DNA from: an uncultured Bacteroidota bacterium
GTDB lineage: Bacteria; Bacteroidota; Bacteroidia; Flavobacteriales; Flavobacteriaceae
Length of the DNA: 64,000 bases
Assembly (NCBI GenBank): GCA_902598305.1
Contig: CACKBL010000009.1
Span: 23,279 to 87,278 of the forward strand
Reading direction: 5' to 3'
The position numbers were made by a program, and so were the translations under genes. The notes beneath the pieces are model-generated. The model was not told the DNA's origin and ran no database searches. It saw only the letters and a program-made list of their open reading frames with translations. Every line of letters starts with the position of its first letter. Positions within the stretch are counted from its first letter, which is position 1. Below, piece by piece: positions 50,281 through 59,519 of the stretch.

Positions 50281-53200
50281 ATGATTGTAAATAAAATAAA
50301 ATTGAGTTTATTGTTTTTTGCTTCCACTTTAATCTTATTCTGCTGTAATAAACTTGAAAAGAAAGCTGAAAGTAGTATTAAGTTTAAAACTTTAAATTCT
50401 TCTTATACCGGAATTGATTTCAACAATAAACTTAAATACAAAACAAAACTTAACATTATCGAATATTTATACTATTACAATGGAGGAGGAGTAGCCATTG
50501 GAGACATAAACAATGATGGATTGGAGGATATATATTTTTCAGGGAATCAAGTTTCGGACCGTCTATACCTTAACTTAGGAAATCTAAAATTTAAAGACAT
50601 TACTTTAGCATCAGGTATTAATACGGACAAGTCTTGGTCCAATGGAGTTAGCTTTGAAGATGTAAATAATGATGGATTTTTAGATATATATGTTTGTAAA
50701 GTAAGTCCGATTAGTCCAAAAGGGACTCACAATTTACTTTACATAAACAATAAAAATATGACTTTTACTGAAAGCTCCTCTCTGTTAGGTCTAGATTTTT
50801 CTGGTTTTTCTACCCATTCTACATTTTTGGATTACGATAAAGACGGAGATTTAGATATGTATTTGATGAATCATGCAGTTCATACCGTAAGAAGCTATGG
50901 AAGCTCAAAAAAAAGAAAAGAATCTGACGAATTATCTGGTGACAAGTTTTTTGAAAATAGGTTGAACGAAAAAGATAAAAAGTTCGTAGATGTCACCAAA
51001 GAATCAAACATTTATGATAGTCCATTGGGATATGGTTTAGCCATTACAACAACTGATTTCAATAATGATGGTTGGTTAGATATTTATATTGGAAATGACT
51101 TTCATGAAAATGATTATTTATATTTAAATAACAAAGACAAAACATTTACTGAATCAATAAAAAATTCAATGAGTCACACATCTCATTTTACCATGGGAGT
51201 AGATGTAGCAGATTTAAATCAGGATGGAAGCCTAGATGTATTTACAACAGATATGATGCCCTACGACCCAAAGATATTTTTAAAATCTGGAGGTGAAGAC
51301 TTAGATAAAATTTCAAGAATAAAAAAAGATTTGGGTTTTGAGCAACAATTTTCAAGAAATCATATGCAAATAAGTAGAGGAAACAATACCTTCTCTGAAG
51401 TTGCAATTCAAACCAATACCCACGCAACAGATTGGAGTTGGGGCGTTTTATTACAAGATTTTGACTCGGATGGGAGAGATGATATCTTTATTTCAAATGG
51501 AATATTAAAAAGACCAAATGATTTAGATTACATAAATTATTTAAGCAATGTAGATTTCACTGAATACAACAACTCTCGTCAAGATGTGATTAAGAAAAAA
51601 CTTATTGATAAGATGCCAACACTTAAAATTCCTAACCTTTTTTTTAAAAATAATGGAAATTTAAATTTTGAAAAAGTAAATCCATCTTTCACTGGTATTC
51701 CCTCTTACAGCAATGGTGCTGCATATGCCGACTTAGATCTTGATGGAGATTTAGATATCGTTCTAAACAACTTAAATTCTGAGGCATCAGTTCTTGAAAA
51801 TCTTACGGAAAAATCAAATTTTCTTTCTGTAAAATTAGTTGGAAACGAAAAGTATCCCGTAACAAGGGGGTCAAGAATAGTTTTATACTTAAATAACACA
51901 AAACTTGTTAAGGAGGATATAATTACTAGAGGCTTTCAATCATCTTCTTCACATAATATTTTTTTTGGATTGGGTAAAAACAAAAACATTGATTCTTTAA
52001 TTATAAGATGGCCAGATGGAGTTAAAGAAACAAAGATGGTAACAAAAATTAATCAAAGAGTAAATATCTATAAAAGTAACTATCGTTTTAAAAATAAGGA
52101 GGAGGTCGAAATAAAAAAATCAAAGGATTTTGAAATTAATTATCTTCCCATCAAGCATAAAGAAATCGAATATTATGATTATGAAAAAGAGAGACTAATT
52201 CCAGAGAAATTGTCATTTGAAGGGCCTGCAGCCGTGAAAGCCGACTTTAATAATGACGGCCTTGAGGATTTTTTTATTGGAGGTGCAAAATTTCAAAGAG
52301 GCAAGATTTTTCTATCAAATAAAAATAATGGATATGAAGAGGTTAAAAATATGGATTTACAAAAAGATAATATCTTCGAAGACACAGACGCGGCAGCTTT
52401 TGATATTGACAAAGATGGAGACCTTGATCTTTATGTTGTTAGTGGTGGAAATGAGTACAAAGAATTGGACAAAAATTATATGGATCGTGTCTATTTAAAT
52501 GATGGACTTGGGAATTTTACACGTCTTCAAATCCCCCTTCCAAAGACAAATGGCTCTTCAGTATCGGTTTCTGATTTTAACAATGACGGTTATGAGGATT
52601 TGTTTGTAGGGTCAAGGTCAATAACAGGTTTTTATGGGTTAAGTCCTTACAGTTTTATTATGCTAAACAATAGAGATAATACCTTATCGCCTATGGAGCA
52701 GCAAAGATATGGAATGGTGACAGATAGCAAATGGGTTGATTTTAATTCTGATGGAAAAAAAGATCTTATTTTAGTAGGTGATTGGATGCCGATAACTATA
52801 TTAATACAAGAGGATGATTTAAAATTTGTGAACAAAACAGATGAGTACGGACTTTCTAAAACAAATGGACTATGGAATGTAGTTGAGATTAATGATTTCA
52901 ACAAAGATGGTAGAATGGATATAATTGCTGGAAATGCGGGGACTAATTTTAAATGGAAGCCTTCAATTAAGAAACCCGTAAAATTATATTTGGATGATTT
53001 TGATAATAATTTGCAACCTGATCCAATTATATTTTATGAATTTTTTGGAAAATACGTCCCTTTTTCTTCAAAAGATAAACTAGATAAACAGTTGCCTTTT
53101 TTGAAAAAGAAGTTCCCAAACTATAATAACTTTTCAAGCATCAACAATATTAAATCTTTGACAGGTAAAGATGAAAATGAAATACTTGAAATAAAATACA

Positions 53201-53568
53201 TTTATGATCTCGAATCTTCTATTTTTATAAATGAAGAAGATGGTTTTAAAAAATATGCTTTGCCACCTAATGCACAACTTAGTAGTATTGAAGATTTTAA
53301 AATTTTTAAGAAATCAAGTAGTATAAATAACGTAATTTACGTAGGAAATTTCAGTAAATATGTTACGGAACTTGGATTCTCAAGTGCTAATCCTGGCGGT
53401 TTATTATTAGATTTTGATACCAAACAAATGAAATTTAAAAAATCAAAATCTCTTCCTTTACCAATTAATAAAGATTTTAAAGAGATAATACGATTTGATA
53501 AAAATTATTTGATATTTACAAATAATGATTTCATATTCTCTTTGAAAGCGGACTACTTAGAACAATAA
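50281..53568 (+). CDS. FG-GAP/VCBS-repeat + ASPIC/UnbV giant lipoprotein, paralog 3 (most diverged)
   Basis: Lipobox-like LILFCC. Blade motifs GDINNDGLED, EDVNNDGFLD, LDYDKDGDLD and ADLDLDGDLD. ASPIC-like block TRGSRIVLYL...TRGFQSS. Starts 2 nt after the paralog 2 stop. Confidence 0.85.
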   Translation: MIVNKIKLSLLFFASTLILFCCNKLEKKAESSIKFKTLNSSYTGIDFNNKLKYKTKLNIIEYLYYYNGGGVAIGDINNDGLEDIYFSGNQVSDRLYLNLGNLKFKDITLASGINTDKSWSNGVSFEDVNNDGFLDIYVCKVSPISPKGTHNLLYINNKNMTFTESSSLLGLDFSGFSTHSTFLDYDKDGDLDMYLMNHAVHTVRSYGSSKKRKESDELSGDKFFENRLNEKDKKFVDVTKESNIYDSPLGYGLAITTTDFNNDGWLDIYIGNDFHENDYLYLNNKDKTFTESIKNSMSHTSHFTMGVDVADLNQDGSLDVFTTDMMPYDPKIFLKSGGEDLDKISRIKKDLGFEQQFSRNHMQISRGNNTFSEVAIQTNTHATDWSWGVLLQDFDSDGRDDIFISNGILKRPNDLDYINYLSNVDFTEYNNSRQDVIKKKLIDKMPTLKIPNLFFKNNGNLNFEKVNPSFTGIPSYSNGAAYADLDLDGDLDIVLNNLNSEASVLENLTEKSNFLSVKLVGNEKYPVTRGSRIVLYLNNTKLVKEDIITRGFQSSSSHNIFFGLGKNKNIDSLIIRWPDGVKETKMVTKINQRVNIYKSNYRFKNKEEVEIKKSKDFEINYLPIKHKEIEYYDYEKERLIPEKLSFEGPAAVKADFNNDGLEDFFIGGAKFQRGKIFLSNKNNGYEEVKNMDLQKDNIFEDTDAAAFDIDKDGDLDLYVVSGGNEYKELDKNYMDRVYLNDGLGNFTRLQIPLPKTNGSSVSVSDFNNDGYEDLFVGSRSITGFYGLSPYSFIMLNNRDNTLSPMEQQRYGMVTDSKWVDFNSDGKKDLILVGDWMPITILIQEDDLKFVNKTDEYGLSKTNGLWNVVEINDFNKDGRMDIIAGNAGTNFKWKPSIKKPVKLYLDDFDNNLQPDPIIFYEFFGKYVPFSSKDKLDKQLPFLKKKFPNYNNFSSINNIKSLTGKDENEILEIKYIYDLESSIFINEEDGFKKYALPPNAQLSSIEDFKIFKKSSSINNVIYVGNFSKYVTELGFSSANPGGLLLDFDTKQMKFKKSKSLPLPINKDFKEIIRFDKNYLIFTNNDFIFSLKADYLEQ

Positions 53569-53685
53569 CGTTTTTCATAGTTTAATTGGGGGTAATTATC
53601 TAAAGCAATATTCATATAATAGGTAAAACAAATTAAATATAAGGTTAAGTTATTGCAATAATAAATTTTAATCTCTCTTAGTCAA

Positions 53686-53693
53686 TAGATTTG
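53686..53693 (+). promoter_or_regulatory. Candidate -7 promoter box (TAnnTTTG) upstream of the PSCyt/DUF1553 gene
   Basis: TAGATTTG lies about 45 nt upstream of the ATG at 53738, inside the only sizeable intergenic gap (169 nt) of the downstream operon. Confidence 0.3.
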
Positions 53694-53737
53694 ATGGTAT
53701 ATAAAATGTCTGTTTTTTGTAAATTAGTAGTTGTTTT

Positions 53738-56700
53738 ATGCAGATGAGAGTTTTATTTTTTGTTTTATTTGTTTTTTCTTACGGATGTACTTTAACCGTT
53801 CCCAAAGAGGTAGAGGTTAAATTCAGCGAAATACCGGGAAGAGTTGACTTTAACTATCACGTAAAACCGATACTTTCTGATAGGTGCTATTCTTGCCACG
53901 GTCCTGACGAAAAATCAAGAAGGGCTGGACTTAGATTAGACCAAGAAAAAACTGCTTTTATGAAATTATCCAGTGGTAAGAAGGCAATAGATCCAGGAAG
54001 TTTGGGTGGAAGTGAAATGGCTCACAGGATTTTATCTGATGATCCTGATGAAGTTATGCCTACTCCTGAATCTAACTTAAGTTTAACCAATACTGAAAAA
54101 GCAATCCTTTTAAAATGGATTGAACAAGGTGCAGAGTGGAAAGAACATTGGTCTTTTTTACCTGTTCAGGAAGTTTCAAGTTCGTCTTCAGACCAGTTTA
54201 AAAATCCAATTGATTATTTTATTTCAAAAAAACTTCAAGCAAAGGGATTAAATTTTTCCGCTAAGTCATCTAAAGAGAAACTAATTAGGAGATTATATTT
54301 CGACTTAACGGGCTTACCTCCATCAATTGAGGAAGTCGAATCTTTTGTAAAGTCAGATGACAAAAATGCATACCTAAATATCGTAAACAAACTTCTTGGT
54401 AGTGATGAGCATGCAGAAAGATTAACTATGGATTGGTTAGATGTGTCTAGATACGCTGACTCTCATGGGCTTCACGCAGATGGTATAAGGACGATGTGGC
54501 CTTGGAGAGATTGGGTAATTAATGCATTTAAAAGTAATACCCCCTACGATGAATTTGTTTCGGTTCAACTCAGCGGTGATATGAGAGAAAATGCCACGAA
54601 AGAAGAGAAATTAGCTACTGCATTTAATAGAAATAACCCAATGACAGCAGAGGGAGGGGTTATTGACGAAGAGTGGCGACTAAATTATGTTTTTGATAGA
54701 ACTGAAACCCTAGGCACAGCTGTAATGGGATTGACACTTATGTGTGCAAAGTGTCATGATCACAAATTTGACCCTATTTCCCAAAAAGACTATTACCAAT
54801 TATCCGCTTTTTTTAACCAAACTAGAGAAATAGGAATGACTGGTGACGACGGAGATTTTGGACCTTTACTTTTTTTACCAGATGAGAAAATTGAAAAAAA
54901 ATTGAATAAAATTCAATTGGCCATAAACACAAAAAATAAAGAATTAGATACTAAGATTCAAGAATTAGAGAGGTTTTACAGTTATGTTGATAATTTATCA
55001 AATTTTGATTCTAAATCTATTGCTAGAAAAAACATAATTGAAAAAGTTTCTTTTAATAAAATTAGAAAACAAAAAGTTACAAGTGATGATAAAATACTTA
55101 TAGTTCAGGGTTCATTTGGACGTGAAACAGATTTTATCATTGACAATAGTAGAGATATAACATCTTACCACAAACAAGATCTTGGTAAAGGTATAGTTGG
55201 CAGGGCGTTAGAATTTGACGGAAGTAATCAAGTGTTTGTAGAAAAAGTACCTAACTTTGAATGGACTGAATCCTTTTCTGCTGCTTTTTGGTTTAAAACA
55301 ACAAAAAGAAAAAAAGGATTTACTCAAAGCTTACTTACCACCACAGGTGGGAAAAATTCTTGGTGGAGAGGCTGGGATTTAATCTTGGATGATAAAAATT
55401 ATTTAAATTTAAGACTAATCAGCTCCCTACCTGGTGATGCTATTCACGTTAAATCATTGGATTCACTGAAAGTAAACAACTGGCATCATGTTGCTTTTTC
55501 ATATGATGGTAGTGGAAATTCTTCAGGTATTAATTTATTTTTAAATGGTGAAAAAATCAATAAAAAAGTAGTTTTTGACAATTTAAAAAAATCAATTTTG
55601 CCTGTTTCAAGTAGTGGAATCCATCTTCAAGAACAAGCACTTAAAATTGGGGCATCAGGAGATTTTTCTTCAGGTGATAATGGATGGGTCGAAGGGCTAA
55701 TGGACGAGTTATTTGTGTTTAACAAATCAATAAGTACTTATGAATTAAAAAATTTATATAATACATATAATATCGAGAAAAAAGTATTTGATAATAAAGA
55801 AAAAGTTGAACATCTAATCTTTAATGACGCGTCTATCATAAAAATCAAAAGGCAAATTAAAAATTTAAAAAAACAGTGGCTAGATAATATTTCAGATGTT
55901 AAAACTGTTATGGTCATGGAGGAGATGAAAGAAAAAAGAAAGACTTTTCTTTATGACAGAGGAAGCTACCAGTTACCTAGTTACGAAGTTGAGGCCGATG
56001 TTCCATCTAAACTCCCCAAAATGTCTCCTGATATGCCCAAAAATAGGCTTGGACTTTCAAAATGGATATTTGATAAAAAAAATCCACTGACGGCAAGAGT
56101 TGCGGTTAATAGGTATTGGCAGATGGTTTTTGGAAGAGGTATTGTAAATACTCCTGGTGACTTTGGGGTCCAAGGACAGCTTCCATCACATCCTAACTTA
56201 CTCGAATATCTTTCTTACTATTTTATGGAGAAAGATTGGAATATAAGAGATTTGTTAAGATTGATGGTGACATCGCATACGTATATGCAATCTTCTAAAC
56301 CCAATCAAAAACAAGTTGAAATCGATCCTGACAACATACTTCTTTCAAGAAGTAATAGTTACAGGTTACCTGCTGAAATGATTAGAGATAATGCCTTAGC
56401 TGCTAGTGGATTACTTGTAAAACATATTGGAGGAAAAAGTGTAAGACCATACCAACCTAAAGGTTTGTGGAAAGAGAAATCAAATTTTTCAATTAAACTT
56501 TTAAATTATAAAGAATCAACTGGAGATAGTTTGTATAGAAGAAGTATGTACACATTTATAAGAAGAACAAACCCACCTCCATCTATGTCAACTTTTGATG
56601 CTCCTACGAGGGAGGTCTGTACGGTAAAAAGAGAAATAACAAATACTCCTTTACAAGCACTCGTTTTATTAAATGACCCACAATTTGTCGAAGCTTCAAG

Positions 56701-56992
56701 AATTCTAGCAGAAAGGATTCAAAAAGAAAAGCCTTCCTCTATTGAGGAATCAATTAAGCATGGATTTCGTTTGTGTACCTCGAGAAAACCAAGAGACAAG
56801 GAAATAGAATTACTTAAGAATTTGTATGATCAGCAGTTAAAAAAATTCAAACAAAACCCTAAACTCGCATATAATATTTTTAAAAATGGAAAAAAACCTA
56901 GAGATAAAACCTTAAATTTATATAAAACTGCAGCGCTATCCATGGTGGCAAATGTAATGTTAAACCATGATGAAGTTTATATGAAAAGATAA
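53738..56992 (+). CDS. Planctomycete-type cytochrome-like protein: PSCyt/DUF1549 - LamG lectin-like - DUF1553/PSD1
   Basis: CxxCH at CYSCH (53885-53899) within HVKPILSDRCYSCHGPDEKSRRAGLRLD. DUF1549-like FISKKLQAKGL...RRLYFDLTGLPPS. Second CxxCH, CAKCHDHKFDP (54743-54757). LamG-like LEFDGSNQVF...WHHVAFSYDG...LFLNGE. DUF1553-like C-terminus (RVAVNRYWQMVFGRGIV, FDAPTREVCTVKR). Confidence 0.85.
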   Translation: MQMRVLFFVLFVFSYGCTLTVPKEVEVKFSEIPGRVDFNYHVKPILSDRCYSCHGPDEKSRRAGLRLDQEKTAFMKLSSGKKAIDPGSLGGSEMAHRILSDDPDEVMPTPESNLSLTNTEKAILLKWIEQGAEWKEHWSFLPVQEVSSSSSDQFKNPIDYFISKKLQAKGLNFSAKSSKEKLIRRLYFDLTGLPPSIEEVESFVKSDDKNAYLNIVNKLLGSDEHAERLTMDWLDVSRYADSHGLHADGIRTMWPWRDWVINAFKSNTPYDEFVSVQLSGDMRENATKEEKLATAFNRNNPMTAEGGVIDEEWRLNYVFDRTETLGTAVMGLTLMCAKCHDHKFDPISQKDYYQLSAFFNQTREIGMTGDDGDFGPLLFLPDEKIEKKLNKIQLAINTKNKELDTKIQELERFYSYVDNLSNFDSKSIARKNIIEKVSFNKIRKQKVTSDDKILIVQGSFGRETDFIIDNSRDITSYHKQDLGKGIVGRALEFDGSNQVFVEKVPNFEWTESFSAAFWFKTTKRKKGFTQSLLTTTGGKNSWWRGWDLILDDKNYLNLRLISSLPGDAIHVKSLDSLKVNNWHHVAFSYDGSGNSSGINLFLNGEKINKKVVFDNLKKSILPVSSSGIHLQEQALKIGASGDFSSGDNGWVEGLMDELFVFNKSISTYELKNLYNTYNIEKKVFDNKEKVEHLIFNDASIIKIKRQIKNLKKQWLDNISDVKTVMVMEEMKEKRKTFLYDRGSYQLPSYEVEADVPSKLPKMSPDMPKNRLGLSKWIFDKKNPLTARVAVNRYWQMVFGRGIVNTPGDFGVQGQLPSHPNLLEYLSYYFMEKDWNIRDLLRLMVTSHTYMQSSKPNQKQVEIDPDNILLSRSNSYRLPAEMIRDNALAASGLLVKHIGGKSVRPYQPKGLWKEKSNFSIKLLNYKESTGDSLYRRSMYTFIRRTNPPPSMSTFDAPTREVCTVKREITNTPLQALVLLNDPQFVEASRILAERIQKEKPSSIEESIKHGFRLCTSRKPRDKEIELLKNLYDQQLKKFKQNPKLAYNIFKNGKKPRDKTLNLYKTAALSMVANVMLNHDEVYMKR

Positions 56993-57000
56993 ATTTAAAT

Positions 57001-58458
57001 ATGAATTGTAATCACCACCACCATAACGAAAAATTTTCTAGGAGAGATTTTTTAACAAAAACCTCTCTAGGACTGGGTGCCCTAACACTTGGATCCCTAA
57101 TAAGTCCTGCAAGAGCTTTTAGTGGGGTTTCAAGTCTAAATAATGTAAATATTCCACCTCAAATACCACATTTTCCTGCAAAAGCTAAAAGAATTATTTA
57201 TTTGTTCCAGAGTGGTGCACCTTCTCAAATAGATCTTTTTGATCACAAACCTCTTATAACAGAGATGCATGGTAAAGAGTTACCCCCAAGCGTTAGAGGT
57301 GGCCAAAGGTTGACAGGTATGAGTGCAGGTCAAGCTTCGTTTCCACTAGTATCATCTATTTATGATTTTAAACAGTATGGTCAAAGCGGAGCTTGGGTTA
57401 GTGAACTAATGCCGCATACGTCAAAAATTGTTGATGAGCTTTGTTTCATTAAATCGATGTACACAGAAGAAATTAATCATGACCCAGCTGTTACTTTTAT
57501 TCAAACAGGTTCAAACCTTCCCGGTAGACCTTCAATGGGTTCATGGATTAGCTATGGTTTAGGATCTGACAATAAAAATCTACCCGAATTCGTAGTACTT
57601 GTCACAAAAGATAAACAGGGTCAGCCTTTATATGCTCGTTCTTGGGGTAACGGATTTTTACCATCCAAATACCAAGGTGTCCAATTTAGATCTGGTAAGG
57701 ATGCTGTTCTTTATTTACAAAATCCACCGGGTGTAACGGGTGACTTGAGAAGAGAACAACTTGAATATTTAAAAAAACTTGAAAATGATAATTATAGAGA
57801 TATAGGTGATCCTGAAATTTTATCTAGAATGTCTCAGTATGAAATGGCATACAGAATGCAAACATCTGTCCCTGAAGTCATGGATGTTTCGGACGAACCA
57901 GATTATATTTTTGATATGTATGGGGAGGATAGTAAAAACCCCGGGACATTTGCAGCTAATTGTCTGCTTGCAAGAAAACTTATAGAAAAAGATGTAAAAT
58001 TTGTTCAATTATATCATCAAGGGTGGGATCACCATGGGAATTTAAATAAAGAACTCAAAATACAATGCAAAGACACAGATCAACCCTCTGCAGCTCTTAT
58101 TATGGATTTAAAACAAAGAGGTCTTCTAGAAGACACACTAGTGATATGGGGTGGAGAATTTGGGAGAACTAATTATACTCAAGGCGTTATAACCGACCCT
58201 GGTTATGGTAGAGATCATCATCCAAGATGTTTTACTATCTTCATGGCAGGCGCTGGAATAAAAAAAGGAATCACTTACGGAGCAACCGATGAATTCGGTT
58301 ATAATTTAAGGGAAAACCCAGTCCATGTTCATGATTTTCAAGCCACAATTTTGCACCTTTTGGGTCTTGATCACGAAAAATTAACTTTTAAGCACCAGGG
58401 CAGGAGATATAGATTAACAGATGTTCACGGAAAAATTGTAAACGATATACTTGTATGA
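57001..58458 (+). CDS. DUF1501-family protein (sulfatase/alkaline-phosphatase-like fold) with a Tat signal
   Basis: Tat leader SRRDFLTKTSLGLGALTLG. DUF1501-like blocks GWDHHGN, WGGEFGRT and GRDHHP. Confidence 0.85.
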   Translation: MNCNHHHHNEKFSRRDFLTKTSLGLGALTLGSLISPARAFSGVSSLNNVNIPPQIPHFPAKAKRIIYLFQSGAPSQIDLFDHKPLITEMHGKELPPSVRGGQRLTGMSAGQASFPLVSSIYDFKQYGQSGAWVSELMPHTSKIVDELCFIKSMYTEEINHDPAVTFIQTGSNLPGRPSMGSWISYGLGSDNKNLPEFVVLVTKDKQGQPLYARSWGNGFLPSKYQGVQFRSGKDAVLYLQNPPGVTGDLRREQLEYLKKLENDNYRDIGDPEILSRMSQYEMAYRMQTSVPEVMDVSDEPDYIFDMYGEDSKNPGTFAANCLLARKLIEKDVKFVQLYHQGWDHHGNLNKELKIQCKDTDQPSAALIMDLKQRGLLEDTLVIWGGEFGRTNYTQGVITDPGYGRDHHPRCFTIFMAGAGIKKGITYGATDEFGYNLRENPVHVHDFQATILHLLGLDHEKLTFKHQGRRYRLTDVHGKIVNDILV

Positions 58459-59510
58459 AAAAAAATAATAATTCTAGAAGAAATTTTATAAAAAATTCTG
58501 CTATTGTTGGATTAGGTGTTGCTTCAGCTAACAAAACATTCTCTATTGGAAAAAAAAGTAAATCGTTAGAAAATACTATTGGGCACAACGGATTTACATA
58601 TAAAATTGATAAAAGTTGGAGTAAACAGAATTTAAACACACACCCAGTTCATCATTGTCATGAAATGATTATGGATAAAAAAGGAAGATTATTCATGACA
58701 ACAACACACAAAAAAAATAATGTTTTGGTTTACAATAAGGATGGAAATATTTTAGATGGTTGGAGCGTCGGATTTAATGGTGCGCATGGATTAACACTTA
58801 GTAATGAAGGTGGTACTGAATTTTTATATATTACCGATCCAGATTTGCATAGGGTGTGTAAAACCGATTTGAACGGAAAACTCATTCTCGAAATTTTTTA
58901 TCCTAAAGAAATTAAAGATTATTCTTCCCAAGATGACTTTAAACCAACCGAAACTGCAATTGCCCCAAATGGAGATATATATATCGCTGACGGTTATGGT
59001 AAAGATTTTATTATAAAATACGATCAAAAAGGAAACTACATAGGACATTTTGGAGGTAAGGGAGATGGTAAAAACCATTTTGATTGTTGTCATGGGATAA
59101 CCCTTGATAGCCGATTTAATCAAAACCCAACTCTTCTTATTTCATCTAGAACAAAAAATGAGTTCAAAAGATTTACTTTGAGTGGAAAACATTTAGAGAC
59201 TATCTCTCTTCCAGGTTATTGGATGTGTAGACCAGTTATCAAAGGCGATAATCTTTATTTTGCTATTATTAATACTTACAATTGGTGGAATTATGATGGT
59301 ATGATTGCAGTTTTAGATAAAAATAATAAAGTAATTTCACTTCCAGGAGGAGGTAAGCCATCATATAATAATGGTGTAATTAATAAACCCGTTTATGACG
59401 ATCGTAGTTTTCTAAACCCACACGATGTTTGTGTAGACGATGACGAAAACATCTACGTTCCTCAGTGGAACTCGGGTAGAACAACTCCTTTAAAATTAAT
59501 TAGAGTTTAA
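58455..59510 (+). CDS. Tat-signal six-bladed beta-propeller protein (NHL/PAL-like)
   Basis: Tat leader SRRNFIKNSAIVGLGVASA. Repeated blade-like motifs (AHGLTL, DIYIADGYG, CHGITLD, NIYVPQWNSG). The ATG overlaps the upstream TGA (ATGA). Confidence 0.65.
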   Translation: MKKNNNSRRNFIKNSAIVGLGVASANKTFSIGKKSKSLENTIGHNGFTYKIDKSWSKQNLNTHPVHHCHEMIMDKKGRLFMTTTHKKNNVLVYNKDGNILDGWSVGFNGAHGLTLSNEGGTEFLYITDPDLHRVCKTDLNGKLILEIFYPKEIKDYSSQDDFKPTETAIAPNGDIYIADGYGKDFIIKYDQKGNYIGHFGGKGDGKNHFDCCHGITLDSRFNQNPTLLISSRTKNEFKRFTLSGKHLETISLPGYWMCRPVIKGDNLYFAIINTYNWWNYDGMIAVLDKNNKVISLPGGGKPSYNNGVINKPVYDDRSFLNPHDVCVDDDENIYVPQWNSGRTTPLKLIRV

Positions 59511-59519
59511 ACTTTACTT

